This document shows, piece by piece, positions 42,600-55,397 of a stretch of DNA of 64,000 bases. Where the stretch lies: assembly GCF_009914755.1 (NCBI RefSeq), contig NC_060927.1; one strand, given 5' to 3'. Numbering within the stretch: position 1 is the stretch's first letter; each line of letters starts with the position of its first letter. This stretch comes from the human T2T-CHM13v2.0 reference genome, Homo sapiens. Below the pieces are notes generated by a model. That model was given only the letters and a program-made list of their open reading frames with translations. It ran no database searches and was not told the origin of the DNA. The position numbers and the translations under genes are program-made.

Positions 42600-43510
42600 T
42601 AGGAAAGTTACATTATTGCGTTTGAGTCTAAAGTTAAAATATTGTCAGACTCACTAAAGTAGATACTGACCTTCTATATCAGTAGAGCATGAAATTATCT
42701 GTCCTGTACGCTTTTTTTCATAATTCGTATTGCTTCCTCAGACAAGATCATACACGAGTATGAGTGTAATAAAATGTTAAAGCAGGACATTTATCTTGGC
42801 TTTAGGATCATAAATCAGGAGTACGAAAAGAAACCCTCTTAGGAGTCATTTGCATTAAACAATGCACCGCGATTTTTACGGTTAAATGCTATCGTAGTCA
42901 CAGATCGTAAAACACAATCATGCTTACCGAGTTATGGTTATCTTTCCAAAGCCTTGAAATATAAATGGTATACGCAGGAACAGACTTTGAACAAGATTAC
43001 TATAAATGAAACATATATCTTAAAATATTTAACCTTAAAGCTACCTAAAATGGCGTCTCATTTGTAAAATCATAACCAAAACGACCTTCAGTATCTGTGT
43101 AATATCCATTACTCTGTTGTCTGAATAGGGTCTCTGATCTGAGCATTGTTACATTCCATGAAAGGAGCAAAGCCATGAACAGGAACACAGGTTTTATAGG
43201 AAACTCTATGGTTCTTCCATGAGGTATCACTAAGGGGGAACAGAAGACAGACAAACAACTCTTGAAGTCCTATGATGCATGAGGCTGACTGTACCGTAAC
43301 CATCTTTGTTAAGCTACTTGGGCTATTGTTAAAGAGATATAATTTGAAAGTGAACTTTAATGATTTTTAGAACAGAGTGTAACGTCCAGCACACCAATTC
43401 CTGCCTCCAGCAAGCTCTGAGACTTCAGGAAGCTGCCTTAGGGGCGTTTTCTAAGACTAGTCCTCATTCTTCGGCTAAATGCGTTCAGAAACATTGGATC
43501 GATTTTCAGG
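42600..43510. promoter_or_regulatory. Candidate enhancer/promoter: non-repeat, CpG-retaining segment with Oct-Sox, PBX-HOX and YY1 motifs
   Basis: About 20 CpGs by hand count in AT-rich sequence; ATTTGCAT-TA-AACAATG 42848-42864; TGATTTATGA (minus) 42808-42817; AAAATGGCG 43047-43055. Confidence 0.4.
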
Positions 43511-44756
43511 AAATTTTTACACTCTGCATTTGTAACATATATAACTGTAACATCTGAAAGAGCTAATGTGTCTGTCATTTTAGAAAGCAATAGTGAAAAA
43601 TTCTATCATTTTTCATCAAACCTTCAAGAGGCTATATGTATTTTTTTCTTGTTTATACAATGCTATGGATGTACTACTTTAATATCCATTCTTTGAAATA
43701 CACTATCCAACACTTCCTTTTCACCAAGCTATGTAGAATATATAAACTGTGTGTCAGCTACTATGAACAATGTTGACATAAAACCAAAACTACAAAAACC
43801 TATTTCGCTATCCATTCACTTCCCATCACAGATGTAATTATCTGAGAAAATGGGCTCTCTTTCATAGTCAACTCTGCTTGTAGCCTCATACGAGCTAGAA
43901 AGAGTTGTTTCAGTTTTTCTTGTCCTTAAGAAAATAAAGCTCTGCTGTTTTGGAATCCAATTTGCTCTGGGAATAACTTTCAAACTAGCAAATCTCCAAG
44001 CTTGATGTCTGTTTGTTCCTCACTCATTTCCCCATCTTAGCCCCACCTCCATAAGGATTCTTTCCTAAATCCTGCTTTGGTTCTTTTGTTTTTTTTGTTT
44101 TTTAAATAATTGCTGTTGAACAAAAGGTTTTATAAATGTTTAAAATACATTTTCTCTCCTATAAGTTTCTCCACGCTTTCAATGTCGCAATTTTGATAAT
44201 AAAAATCATGCAATTTTGGTAATTCTGTATTTCCTTTCATCTATTTTCAATCCATTTTACTGCCATATTCTGTAAGTAAAATCAAATGCATTTGATTTTA
44301 AGTACATATATAGAGAAGTTTTGATAAACATATGTATCAGGGCAATCACTGTCACAACAAGGGAATTATAGAATATTCCCATCATTCCAAAATATTACCT
44401 TGTGTCCCTTCCTAGTCAAGATCCCATACCACCCCCAGCCCAGGAAATGATCCCACTAGCTTTCTTCTCCTATGGATTACATTTGTTTATTTTTAATCCG
44501 TTTGGTTTTTTTAGAAGTACATATAAATGACATTGTACTCTTTTATATATTCTTTAAACTGAACTGTTATAGCTGAGTTTAACATCTTAAGAGTTATCCA
44601 TGTTTTTGCATGAGTCAATATTTCATTTCTTTTTATTGGTAAATGATATTTCATTGTGTAAATATATTATCCTTTATTTATTTATTAATTCACCTGTTGA
44701 TGGACATTTAGATTGTTTATTAGGAGTAAAGCTGATATGAACTTTTGTGAGTAATT

Positions 44757-45646
44757 CTATTTTTTAGTAATTTCAACTTTTATTATAAAGAGCTCACATG
44801 CATGTTTGTTACATGGGTCAATTATGTGATACTGAGGCCTGGGGCCTCTGCCCATCACCCAGGCAGTAAGCAAAATACCCAACAGGTGGTTCTTCAGCCC
44901 ACACCTCCCATCGCTTCCTCCCCCATCTAGTGGTACTGTGTGTATCGTTCCCATCTTCATGTCTACATGTATTCAGTGTTTAGCTCCAACTTACAAGTGA
45001 GAACAGGTTGTTTTTAGTTTTCTGTTCTTGCTTTACTTTGCTTATGATAACAGCCTCACCTTCATCCATGTTGCTGCAAAGGACATGATCTCATTCTTTT
45101 GATGGCTGTGTAGTATTCCATGGCGTATATTGTACCACATTTTCTTTTTCCAATCTACTGTTGATGCACACCAAGGTTGATTCCATGTCTTTGCTATTGT
45201 GAATAGCACTGCAGTGAGTATATGGGTGCATGTGTCTTTTTGAAGGAATTAATTATTTTCCTATGAGTATAAAACCAGTAGTGACATTTTTGGATCAAAT
45301 GGTAGGTGTAATTTAAGTTTTTTGAGAAATCTCCAAACTGCTTTCCACAGTGGCCAAAGTAGTTTGCATTCTCACCAACAGTGTATAAGTATTCCTTTTC
45401 CTCAGAGGACTTTTTAATAATTGTCATTTTTACTGATGTGAGATGGTATTTCATCATGGTTTTGATTTACAGTCTCTGATGATTAGTGATGTTGAACAAT
45501 TTTTCTTATATATTTGTTGGCTGCTTACATATCTTCTTCGGGGAAGTATCTGTTGATGTCCTCTGCCCATTTTTTAAATTGGATTTTTTGTCTTTTGCTT
45601 GTTGATATGTTCAAGTTTCTTATAGATTCTGGATATTAGACCTTTC
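44757..45646 (-). mobile_element. L1PA15/16-like 3' portion
   Basis: TTTCAACTTTTATT...TTTGTTACATGGGT..TGTGATACTGAGG; CATGTTGCTGCAAAGGACATGATCTCATTC. Confidence 0.85.
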
Positions 45647-46063
45647 TGAGCACATGTTCTACTTCAGCTAGGAGTGAAAGAGCTGGCCCATTTGTTTAAG
45701 TTTATGCTAACTTTTAGAATGTATATTAAAGTAGTCATACAATTTTTTACTGTCATCAGCAACATACGGGAATTCTAGTTGTTCCACATCTTTGTCATCC
45801 TTTGGTATTCTCAGTCTTTAATTTTTAAGCGTTCTAAATGTGTAGTCGATTGTGTGTTGGTATCTAGTTGTGGTTTTAATTTACGCTTCCTGAAGAATAA
45901 TGATTTTAAGCATTTGTTAATGTGTATGCTGGCCATTCCTGTATATTCTAAGTGGATGTGGCATTTAAATGTTTACTCATTTGAGCATTCAGTTGTATGT
46001 CTTATTATTGAGTTTCAAAGTTTCCTGCATATTCTAGATTAAAGTCCTTTGTCAGATATATGT

Positions 46064-46448
46064 TGTAAAGGTTAATTATATGTGTTAACTTGGCTGGAAA
46101 ATGGTTTCCAGATATTTGCTAAAATATTATGCTGGGTGTTTCTTTGAGGTATTTTTGGATGAGATTAACATTTATATCTGTGAAATTTATTTTGAGTAAA
46201 GTATATTATCCTCCATAATGTGGGTGGACCTCATTCAATTAGTTGAAGTTAGCAGAACAAAGACTGAACTCCCTGAACAGAAGAAATTCTGCTAGCAGAT
46301 TGCCTTTGGACATGAACTATTACTCTTTCTTGGGCAGTCTACCAAATTTACCAATCCTTCATGATCATGTGAGTCAATTTCTTACAATAAATCTGGGTGT
46401 GCATGTGTATGCATGTGTACCCATCCTATTGGTTCTGTTTCTCTGGAA

Positions 46449-46450
<2 letters not shown>
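46064..46450 (+). mobile_element. MLT2C/D-like ERVL LTR
   Basis: GGTTAATTATATGTGTTAACTTGGCTGG...TTGGATGAGATTAACATTT...CATCCTATTGGTTCTGTTTCTCTGGA. Confidence 0.82.

Positions 46451-46489
<39 letters not shown>
46451..46489. repeat. (GT)19 microsatellite
   Basis: Direct read. Confidence 0.95.
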
Positions 46490-46492
<3 letters not shown>

Positions 46493-47100
46493 TATGAGTA
46501 ATGTATTCAAGACTGAGGCTTGATTTTCATTCTCATTAATTCATAGTGCCTATTGAAGAGTAACGTTTGAATTGTGATAAAGTACAATATTTCACTTTTG
46601 TGAAAGGCTAGAACTTTTTAAATTCCATCTGAGAAATCTTTGCTATGCAAAGGTTATAAAGGTTTGCTCCTTTCCTCTCTGCTATTAAGTTTTTTGTTGG
46701 TTTAGCTTGTATGTTTAGGTCTGTTTTGAGTAAAATGTAGTAAGATCAAGGTTATTTTTTTTCCCACACAGATCGCTATTTTCCCACCATTATTTGTTGA
46801 AATAGCTAGTCTTTCTTTTTGAATTATCTTGGCACACTAGTTGAAAATCAGTTGACTATAGATATGGAAGAATATTTCTAAACTCTTTGGTTATATTATC
46901 TATGACTATCCTGATGCCAGTATCCTCTAGTTTGATCACTATAGCTTAATTGTAAGTCTTGAAAACAGGTAATTCAAGTTTTTCTTCTTTTTTATTTATT
47001 TTTTTTAGGTATCAGAAAAATGTAGAAATTTTAATTTTCAAAAAGCTCCAACTGATAATTTTTTCTTCCATTATTATTGGTTTTTGTACTGTTAATTCTC

Positions 47101-47755
47101 TTTTTTATTTTTTTATTATTATTACACTTTAAGTTTTAGGGTACATGTGCACAATGTGCAGGTTAGTTACATATGTATACATGTGCCATGCTGGTGTGCT
47201 GCACCCATTAACTCGTCATTTAGCAATAGGTATATCTCCTAATGCTATCCCTCCCCCCTCCCCCCACCCCACAACAGGCCCCGGATTGTGATGTTCCCCT
47301 TCCTGTGTCCATGTGTTCTCATTGTTCAATTCCCACCATTGAGTAAGAACATGCGGTGTTTGGTTTTTTGTCCTTGTGATAGTTTGCTGAGAATGATGGT
47401 TTCCAGTTTCATCCATGTCCCTACAAAGGACATGAACGCATCATTTTTATGGCTGCATAGTATTCCATGGTGTATATGTGCCACATTTTCTTAATCCAGT
47501 CTATCGTTGTTGGACATTTGGGTTGGTTCCAAGTCTTTGCTATTGTGAATAGTGCCGCAGTAAACATACGTGTGCATGTGTCTTTATAGCAGCATGATTT
47601 ATAATCCTTTGGGTATATACCCAGAAATGGGATGGCTGGGTCAAATGGTATTTCTAGTTCTAGATCCCTGAGGGATTGCCACACTGACTTCCACAATGGT
47701 TGAACTAGTTTACAGTCCCACCAACAGTGTAAAACTGTTCCTATTTCTCCACATC
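47101..47755 (-). mobile_element. Young L1PA2/3-like 3' end (~650 bp)
   Basis: CTTTAAGTTTTAGGGTACATGTGCACAATGTGCAGGTTAGTTACATATG; ORF2 C-terminal peptide DLELEIPFDPAIPFLGIYPKDYKSCCYKDTCTRMF. Confidence 0.95.
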
Positions 47756-49856
47756 AATATTGTCAAATGACTTGAGATCATTTAGGTCATTCTAGGTAAT
47801 TTTTTCTGTCCATATAAATTTTAGAAGAAGAGGGTCAATTTTTGAAGAAAAACAGGTGTAATTTTGATTGAGAATACAATAAATCTCTGGAATAATTGAA
47901 GGAGAATTGTAATCTTTACAACATTAAGGATTCTGGTTTATGAACACAGTCTGTCTCTATTTAGGTTTCTTTTAATCTCTCTGTCAATGTCTGAACATTA
48001 TAATAGTTAGATTTTTCATATATTTTTCAAATCTGTATTCAAATATTGCATATTGCATTTTTAAAATTTATTGCAAATGGTAAATTAAAATGTAAATTTC
48101 TACATATGTATTGGTGGTACATAGATATACCATACATTTTTAGATATTAATTTAATATCCTACAATATTTATCAACTTACTTATTCATTTTAGTAACTTT
48201 TTTGTGGATTCTCTATGAATTTTTATGCACACATTCATGTCATCTGTGAATAAATGGAGCTTTTTACTTTGTCTTGCCTTATTTTAATAGCTAGTATATT
48301 TAGTATAGTGTCAGTGCAAATGTACAAACCTGCCTTATTCCTTATCTTTCAGGGAAAACTTTTAACATTAGTCATTAAACATAATTTTAGCTATAAATTT
48401 TTATAGATGCCTTTTATGAGACTGAGAAAATTAACTTCTATTTACAGTTTACTAAAAGTTCTCCATAATAAATGAATGTTTACTTTTGTCATTTTTTTTT
48501 AGTTATCGAAATTGCCTGGTTTCAGTCTGATGATATGGTGAATTATGTTGCTTGACCTCCGAGTGTTGAAGACCATCCATTACTAAAATCAATCATTTTG
48601 TCATAATAAGTTACTCTATGCATTTACTCCTAGACTCCCTCTGTTAATGTTTTCTTAAGGGTTTTGGTACCTATATCTATGAGTGATAAAGGCTGTAAAT
48701 GTCATTTCTTCTGTCACCTTTGCTTGGTTTTGACATTAGGCTAAGGCTGACCTAATAAAATGTGTAGTATGTGCTCCTGCCTCTGTGTTCTTAAAAAAGT
48801 TTGCTTGGTGTTAGGTCTTTCTCAAATGCTTGATAGAATTAAAAAATAAAGCCACTTTGGCATGAAGCTTTCTTTGTAGGTAAAGTTACTAATTACAGAG
48901 CAGTTTATCTAACTGATAGGAAACAATTTTTTTTTCCAATTATTCTTCAGTTAATTTTGGTAATTTTTTCTATTGAGAGAAATGTTCTATTATGAAGTTT
49001 TAGAATTTGTTGTCAGGAAGATTTTTATTGTAAACCTGATTTATTACACTAATTTATCTAGTATGTACAGTTATTGTTCTTTTTTCATTGTAGTTATTAG
49101 TAATTTATGCCCTCCTGATTTATATCTTGACCATGATAGCTAGAATTGTATAATTTTTCTTAATTAGAAATATTTTTACATTTCTATATTTTTGGTTTGC
49201 TACTTTATTAACATTTGTCCCCATTTATATTTTTCTTTCTTCCACTTATAGGGAAAAGTAGATAATTTATTTGTTTTTTAGATTATTGATTTTAGAACTT
49301 TATCTTTTCTATGCATATAATTAAACCTACACATTAACTTCAAGGCCTGTTCTAAGCTGCTTCACAAATTTTGATGTATTTTGTTTTCATTTTCCTCTTT
49401 ATTAAAAATACTCCCTCTTGTGATATTTTTCTGATAGTTATGAATTACTTAGAATAATTATTCATTAATGATATAAACTGTATAATCATTTATGGATTAT
49501 ACAGCCTTACATGTGGTTTTAGTAGTGAACTCAAGCCTTTGCAAAGTGTTGACCCTTTATTTGCAGGCTACATTTTTCTATTGCTTTGCACACTTAATTA
49601 ATTTTTTTGATAAGATGATGGACACTGTAACTGTTATAGTTTGACCATCTGGACTCAGTTTTCTCTTTTAGAGTGTTAGGCTTTGTTTAACCTGCAGTTA
49701 GGTTACTTGTGGGTCAGTATGATTACTTTCAGGTTTACTTTTAGCTTTGCTCTGAAAAACCTAGATTTGTTTTCACTTCAGGAATGTTTCCGTTTTACCA
49801 CGAAAATTTTACCCATTGTGGTGTCTAATGAATCCTCTTCTTGAGGATTCACTCAG

Positions 49857-49942
49857 CTTGCAGTGAGCCAAGATCATGCCACTGCACTCCAGCCTGGGCA
49901 ACAGAGCGAGATTCCGTCTCAAAAAAAAAAAAAAAAAAAAAA
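49857..49942 (+). mobile_element. Alu 3'-end fragment (64 bp + A22), apparently a local copy of the AluY at 51064
   Basis: CTTGCAGTGAGCC...CGTCTC A22 followed by GCATGCAGTAA, the same flank that follows the 51064 Alu. Confidence 0.9.
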
Positions 49943-51063
49943 GCATGCAGTAATTTTTTTTTTTTTTTAACTCAGAGAATTGTTTATCTTACAACTTCTT
50001 TGTAGATTTTTGCCTGGCCTAGTTGAATTTCTTGCTACATGTGAGTAGCCTAGTACTCAGCAAAGAGTCTTAATTAGGTAAGTCAGTGCCTATTTAAATA
50101 TCTGGAACTCTTTCTGTGGTCTCTCTCTCCCTTATTGAACTCTGTCCCACAACTTAACTTCATCAACCTTCTCAGATTACAATTTCTGAGCTTTCAATTC
50201 AGCAATGCCTCTAGGCTCTTCTAAGCTTTCTCTCTCTCCTCCCTCCATCCAGTTTTTTCTGCAGCTGTAAAGTCAAGCTGATCATTGCGCTCACATTGTT
50301 TTTCTTTTCTCAGGGGTTACAGTCACCCTCTGTCTGTTGTCCAATGTATGAAAACTATCGTTACATATAGTTTGTCCAGTTTTCTCATTGTTTATAAGGG
50401 ATGTAAATCTGGGTCGTTATTATTCCATTATGGACAGAAAAAGAAATCCCCTAAGTCTGTTTACGATATTTTGAAACAGAAAAAAAAAAATGTTGCTGTA
50501 TGTGTCTGCTATCATTTACTACTTGGCAAAGAGTCACTGTTCACCAAAGCATAAAATCAAATGCTTAATTTGAAGTTGTTAAGCTGTATTTGAAAAAGCA
50601 AATTCAAACAAGTTTAGTTAGATGGGTATCAAATGCAGTACAAGTTAAAGGTAGGCACTTCTAATATATTAATTTCTTGAAATGTGTTCTCATTGCAGAT
50701 GTTACGTGTCACTTAAATCAGAAAATGAATCTTAAGCTAGACTAGTTCATAAACTTTTTCAACAACAAAATAGAAAAATATATTAGAGAGAATTCTGTGA
50801 TCATATTTTAACTTGTTCGTAATGACATTAGAAACTTAGTGGTACTGCTATTGGGATTGATATGTAAATATATCAAGAAACTGCCTATAATTTTTCATAC
50901 AGACATGGGATATTACATGTGATGATAAATTATAAATATGATTGAATGTGAAGCTGAATGATTAAGCTTGGAACCAAAGAGTAAGCACTCAATAAATACT
51001 ACTTGACTGATTTATAAGCAAGGGTACAATTTTAAATGCATCCAAATGTTTAAAAAGCCTGCA

Positions 51064-51496
<433 letters not shown>

Positions 51497-52021
51497 TCAC
51501 ATTATTCCAATATACCAGTTAAGAAATATTGGGGAAATAGACCAATATAGGAAAATGTGTCTATTTTCTGTAGTTTTGTGATGACAGAGCCCAAGTGGAA
51601 CACTGAAGAGTCTAACTAGAATGCGAACCATAAGATGCAGACATTCCTAACTTCCAGATTTCTTAACTTTAGAGATATCCTCAACAGTTAAAAGATGTAG
51701 TGAAGTGTTTTTCTAGTTTCCACATTCTTTCTTTTATCTTCATCTCTCAGAAAAATATATATATGCTGAATACTTTCTTTCTGTTACCATATACAATACA
51801 ACCACCCAAATATTTTCTCTTTTATTCCAAATAAATATTCAGTTTCTCATTTCTTTAAGGTGATTTTTACTTTTTTAACAATGCCTCAACTAACTTATGT
51901 AATAAATTAATCTAGGATCACTGCTATAATATCAAAGACCCATTATCTTTAACTCTCATCTAAAATGGGAAACATCCTTATTTAATAGTGGCTTTCAATG
52001 GAACGACCAAATTTTCTTTCT

Positions 52022-52328
52022 TTTTTTTTTTTCTTTTGTGAGACAGAGTCTCGCTCTGTTGCCCAGGCTGGAGTGCAGTGGCGCAATCTCGGCTCACTGC
52101 AAGCTCCACCTCCTGGGTTTACGCCATTCTCCTGTCTCCTGCCTCAGCCTCCCGAGTAGCTGGGACTACAGGCGCCTGCCACCATGCCCAGCTAATTTTT
52201 TTGTATTTTTAGTAGAGACGGGGTTTCACTGTCTTAGCCAGGATGGTCTCGATCTCCTGACCCTGTGATCCACCTGCCTCGGCCTCCCAAAGTGCTGGGG
52301 TTACAGGTTTGAGCCACCACGTCCTGCT
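52022..52328 (-). mobile_element. AluY with 14-bp TSD CAAATTTTCTTTCT
   Basis: GCAAGCTCC..., ACGCCATTCTCC, TTAGCCAGGATGGTCTCGATCTCC; TSD at 52008-52021 and 52329-52342. Confidence 0.96.
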
Positions 52329-55300
52329 CAAATTTTCTTTCTAACCTGCAGAGGTTAGGAGTTAACCTAGGATTTGAAAGTGTATGCTAATAGGAATGGC
52401 AGATTTTGTAATGAAAACTCAGTAGAGAATGTACCTGGAGAAAGAAAACATTGTAGAATCCTAAAATCATTACACTGGTGTAGTTTATAATGTTTAAAGT
52501 TCATAATGTTATGATATTAATATATAAAGTTTTTAATGTGAAAGATAAAATAACTCATTTCCTGCCACATAAGAAACCTGGTTTACAGGATGCTTTTAAT
52601 TTTTGCTAACATATAACAGATTTAAACTAGGTCCTTCAACCTAAAACATATATTCTCATTTGTTACATTACTAACAACATATTCAACTTAAGCTTATAGA
52701 AGACTGGCATAATATCTATGATAGATTTCAAGATATTGTGACCAAGCATGTTTTTCTACCCGGTCTGGGAAGTCATTTTGGTGGTTAGAGCTATGCATTT
52801 CAATAGTGATAATGCAAAAGAGTTAAAAAGAGCAAAACTACACTTACTTTCAGAAACTATAACACTTATCTAAAATGTAGAAGTTTTCAGAGAAGAAAAG
52901 TGCATTTCAGTTATTCCTTGAGTCATAGATCTTAGCTTATTTATTGCTTCTCTAACTTTAGGGGGCTTTAACTCTCATTCAATGGTCTGGTAAGTTTCAT
53001 TATGTCCTGACTGATGAAATAAAGGCAAATATATAATTTCTTAACAGAACTTGTGTTACAATAAGAACAGATAAATGAGCTGACCTAGTGGATGTCCTCA
53101 GATGCCTCAAGGAATTAAATGTTCAGCTGAGAAGAATTTCAATCAATGTCAATACCCTGCCTGCCATCAGATTTCAGATTTGGAATGGTGCTCAGCCACA
53201 AACTCCTGATAGTCTATTAAGGACAGGAACTTCAAATTTCAATCAAGATCTGAAAAAATCTCAATGTCTGGGCGATTCTGTCTTATTTAAAAGCTTTTAT
53301 TTAAAAGCTTTAATTTATCTGAAAACTGTAACACACGTTAGAAATGGTGAGGAAAGAAGAAGACAGCTTTAAATAAATCTCTCCAAAATAAATACTAGGT
53401 CAGAAAAATTAAAACATTGCATATTTTATTGTGTGACATTAATCTACATTGATCCCCAGACAAACTGAGTTCCCCTCCAGTAACTTTTCAACCATATTTC
53501 AAACTGTAATGATGCAGAAAGGTCAAAACAAGAAAAGATTGTAGCAACATTGATATTTGGCATGTATAATACACTTCGTTTCTGTAAGACATATTTTAAC
53601 TGGCAAGAATTTTTCTTGTGTCATACAATTTAATATCAAATAAAGATCTTTCTTTCTTTCTGTGGATTTTTGTGTATAATGAGATAAAGTAACAACAAAG
53701 TGCTTCTAAGAAGATTATGTTTTAATTGTAGGATTTTTTATTTGCTTTGATCTTTGTGTAGATGGCTATCTTGACATAGGTACTTAGAAATATCTACGGA
53801 GAATCATTTATTGCTAAACTCAAAGAAAAAGGACAGTATTTTAAGATTCACCATCATAACAAATAATAATTTATTTCATAAAAGTCTGAGTATGCTTGTA
53901 CAAGAAAATAATGAAGTAAGTTTTTGAAGTTTACATCACTCTAGCTTTTAAATTAACAGACTATTTGAACATGGGCTTTTCATTAATCTTTGGCTCTTGA
54001 TGTTCTCACAGGTGATAAAATGTTGAACCATGGGATTTCCTAGGGTTCTTTTTGTATATTAAATCCATGAGGCAAGTTTTGCTTTCCACAAACACATTAA
54101 ATTACACTCTATTAAATATGGATACTATGTTTTTCAGTACCTATATTTTCAAAATTGTCATAGTTGTAAGAGAATTTTACACATGAAAAGTATTTAAACT
54201 TACTTTAAATGAGTCATATAAATGAGTAATGTTTTCTTAATCATTTTATTTAAAGCTGCAAGTACCTTTGATGTATTTCAGATGCGTATCCTTGAATACA
54301 TCTTGGTACTTTTAAGGTAAAAATTGATTCTGGGCTACACATTTAGTTTTGAGCCAATACCTTCCTGAAAGTAAATCCTGAGAGTCTTTCTTGTAGTGTT
54401 GTCAGGACAGTATACTATCGATTTTTCCTTGTATTTTGTTAGTTCACAGACTTCAAAATCATACATATATGGAGAGATAATACCCGTTATCTCATTCTAA
54501 TATCTTTATTTTCCTATTTAGAATGAGAGAGAAATATCTGTTTAAGGGAATACAGAGAGAGACCTCCATTTCTATTCATTTTGACAGACAAAGAAAATAC
54601 TAAAGGGATATTTCACATTTTTCAAGTATGTAATCCTTTGGGATAACATAAAAGTCATAACAGTTAATAATATTGCTTCCAAATATGTAAACCAAAATTA
54701 GAAATATAAGTAGAATTTGAAAAATTTACAATAACATTCTGAGTCTTTGAGAATAGTCATATTGAAACTTGATGCAGTCTCTTGGCTTTGAATTTACCAG
54801 CCCACTACAGAAGGAAAAACTGGATCAAAGTATATATCCTCAAACTTATGTTGCCATTTGTGCTCAGCAAATAGGAAAAAAAAGTAGATAAATCTCCCCA
54901 TGTGTTAAACGGAAGGATGGCTACCTGGTTTTCTGGTTGCTATAGACTGAACATCTCTGATTTAGGAGTAGTCAATGTGGAAGGAATGCATCAACTTCCT
55001 AGTTTTTATTATACTGTAGAAGTATAGACGATGTAATGAGTTTTTCTTCATCTTTGCTCTATTTTCACAATTGTTAGTGGAAATTTTTCTAGTACATAAA
55101 TAAAGGTTTAATCTCAGTGCTATTCTAAGCCTTTTTTTTAATCTTCCCCTTGGGAATTAGGAGGACATGACTCTTGGCCTATGACATTTTAGCCAAAAGT
55201 TAATTATATTTTAGTTGTTTTGCAATTCCCCACAAATAATTAATAGATTCAAAGAGTAGTCAAGGACTTAAGAGTACAGTATTACCATACCCTGAACAAA

Positions 55301-55397
55301 AGTTGTGAAAACCCGGAGAGATAAATAAATGTAAAAATTATTGACATAGTGATGACAGTAAAGATACTCTTGTCAAGTCAGTCTTTAGTTTTGTTCT

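Larger units (their letters stand above)
44240..49450 (-). mobile_element. Long old L1M (L1ME1/L1MB-like) host element, interrupted by L1PA15/16, MLT2 and L1PA3
   Basis: Antisense 3' UTR TAGAATATTCCCATCATTCCAAAA..CCTTGTGTCCCTTCCTAGTCA; ORF2 antisense motifs CACCTGTTGATGGACATTT, CCATATAAATTTTAGAA, ATGTCATCTGTGAATAAA. Confidence 0.7.

Noticed and set aside
43045-43303. Minus-strand ORFs near the CpG-retaining segment as a coding exon
   Set aside because: No recognisable protein similarity, non-ATG or weak starts, no convincing acceptor/donor pair.
47095-47770. TSD for the young L1PA2/3 insertion
   Set aside because: No direct repeat found at its ends; a target-site deletion is possible but cannot be shown without an ortholog.
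52128-52141. 7-bp duplication TCTCCTG in AluY as an AluYb8 diagnostic
   Set aside because: The Yb8 7-bp insertion lies near the 3' end of the right arm with a different sequence; this looks like a private slippage.
54270-54325. Possible 35-nt exon (TTTCAG|ATGCG...TTTTAAG|GTAAAA)
   Set aside because: Splice-like motifs of this quality are frequent by chance in AT-rich DNA; no transcript evidence available.
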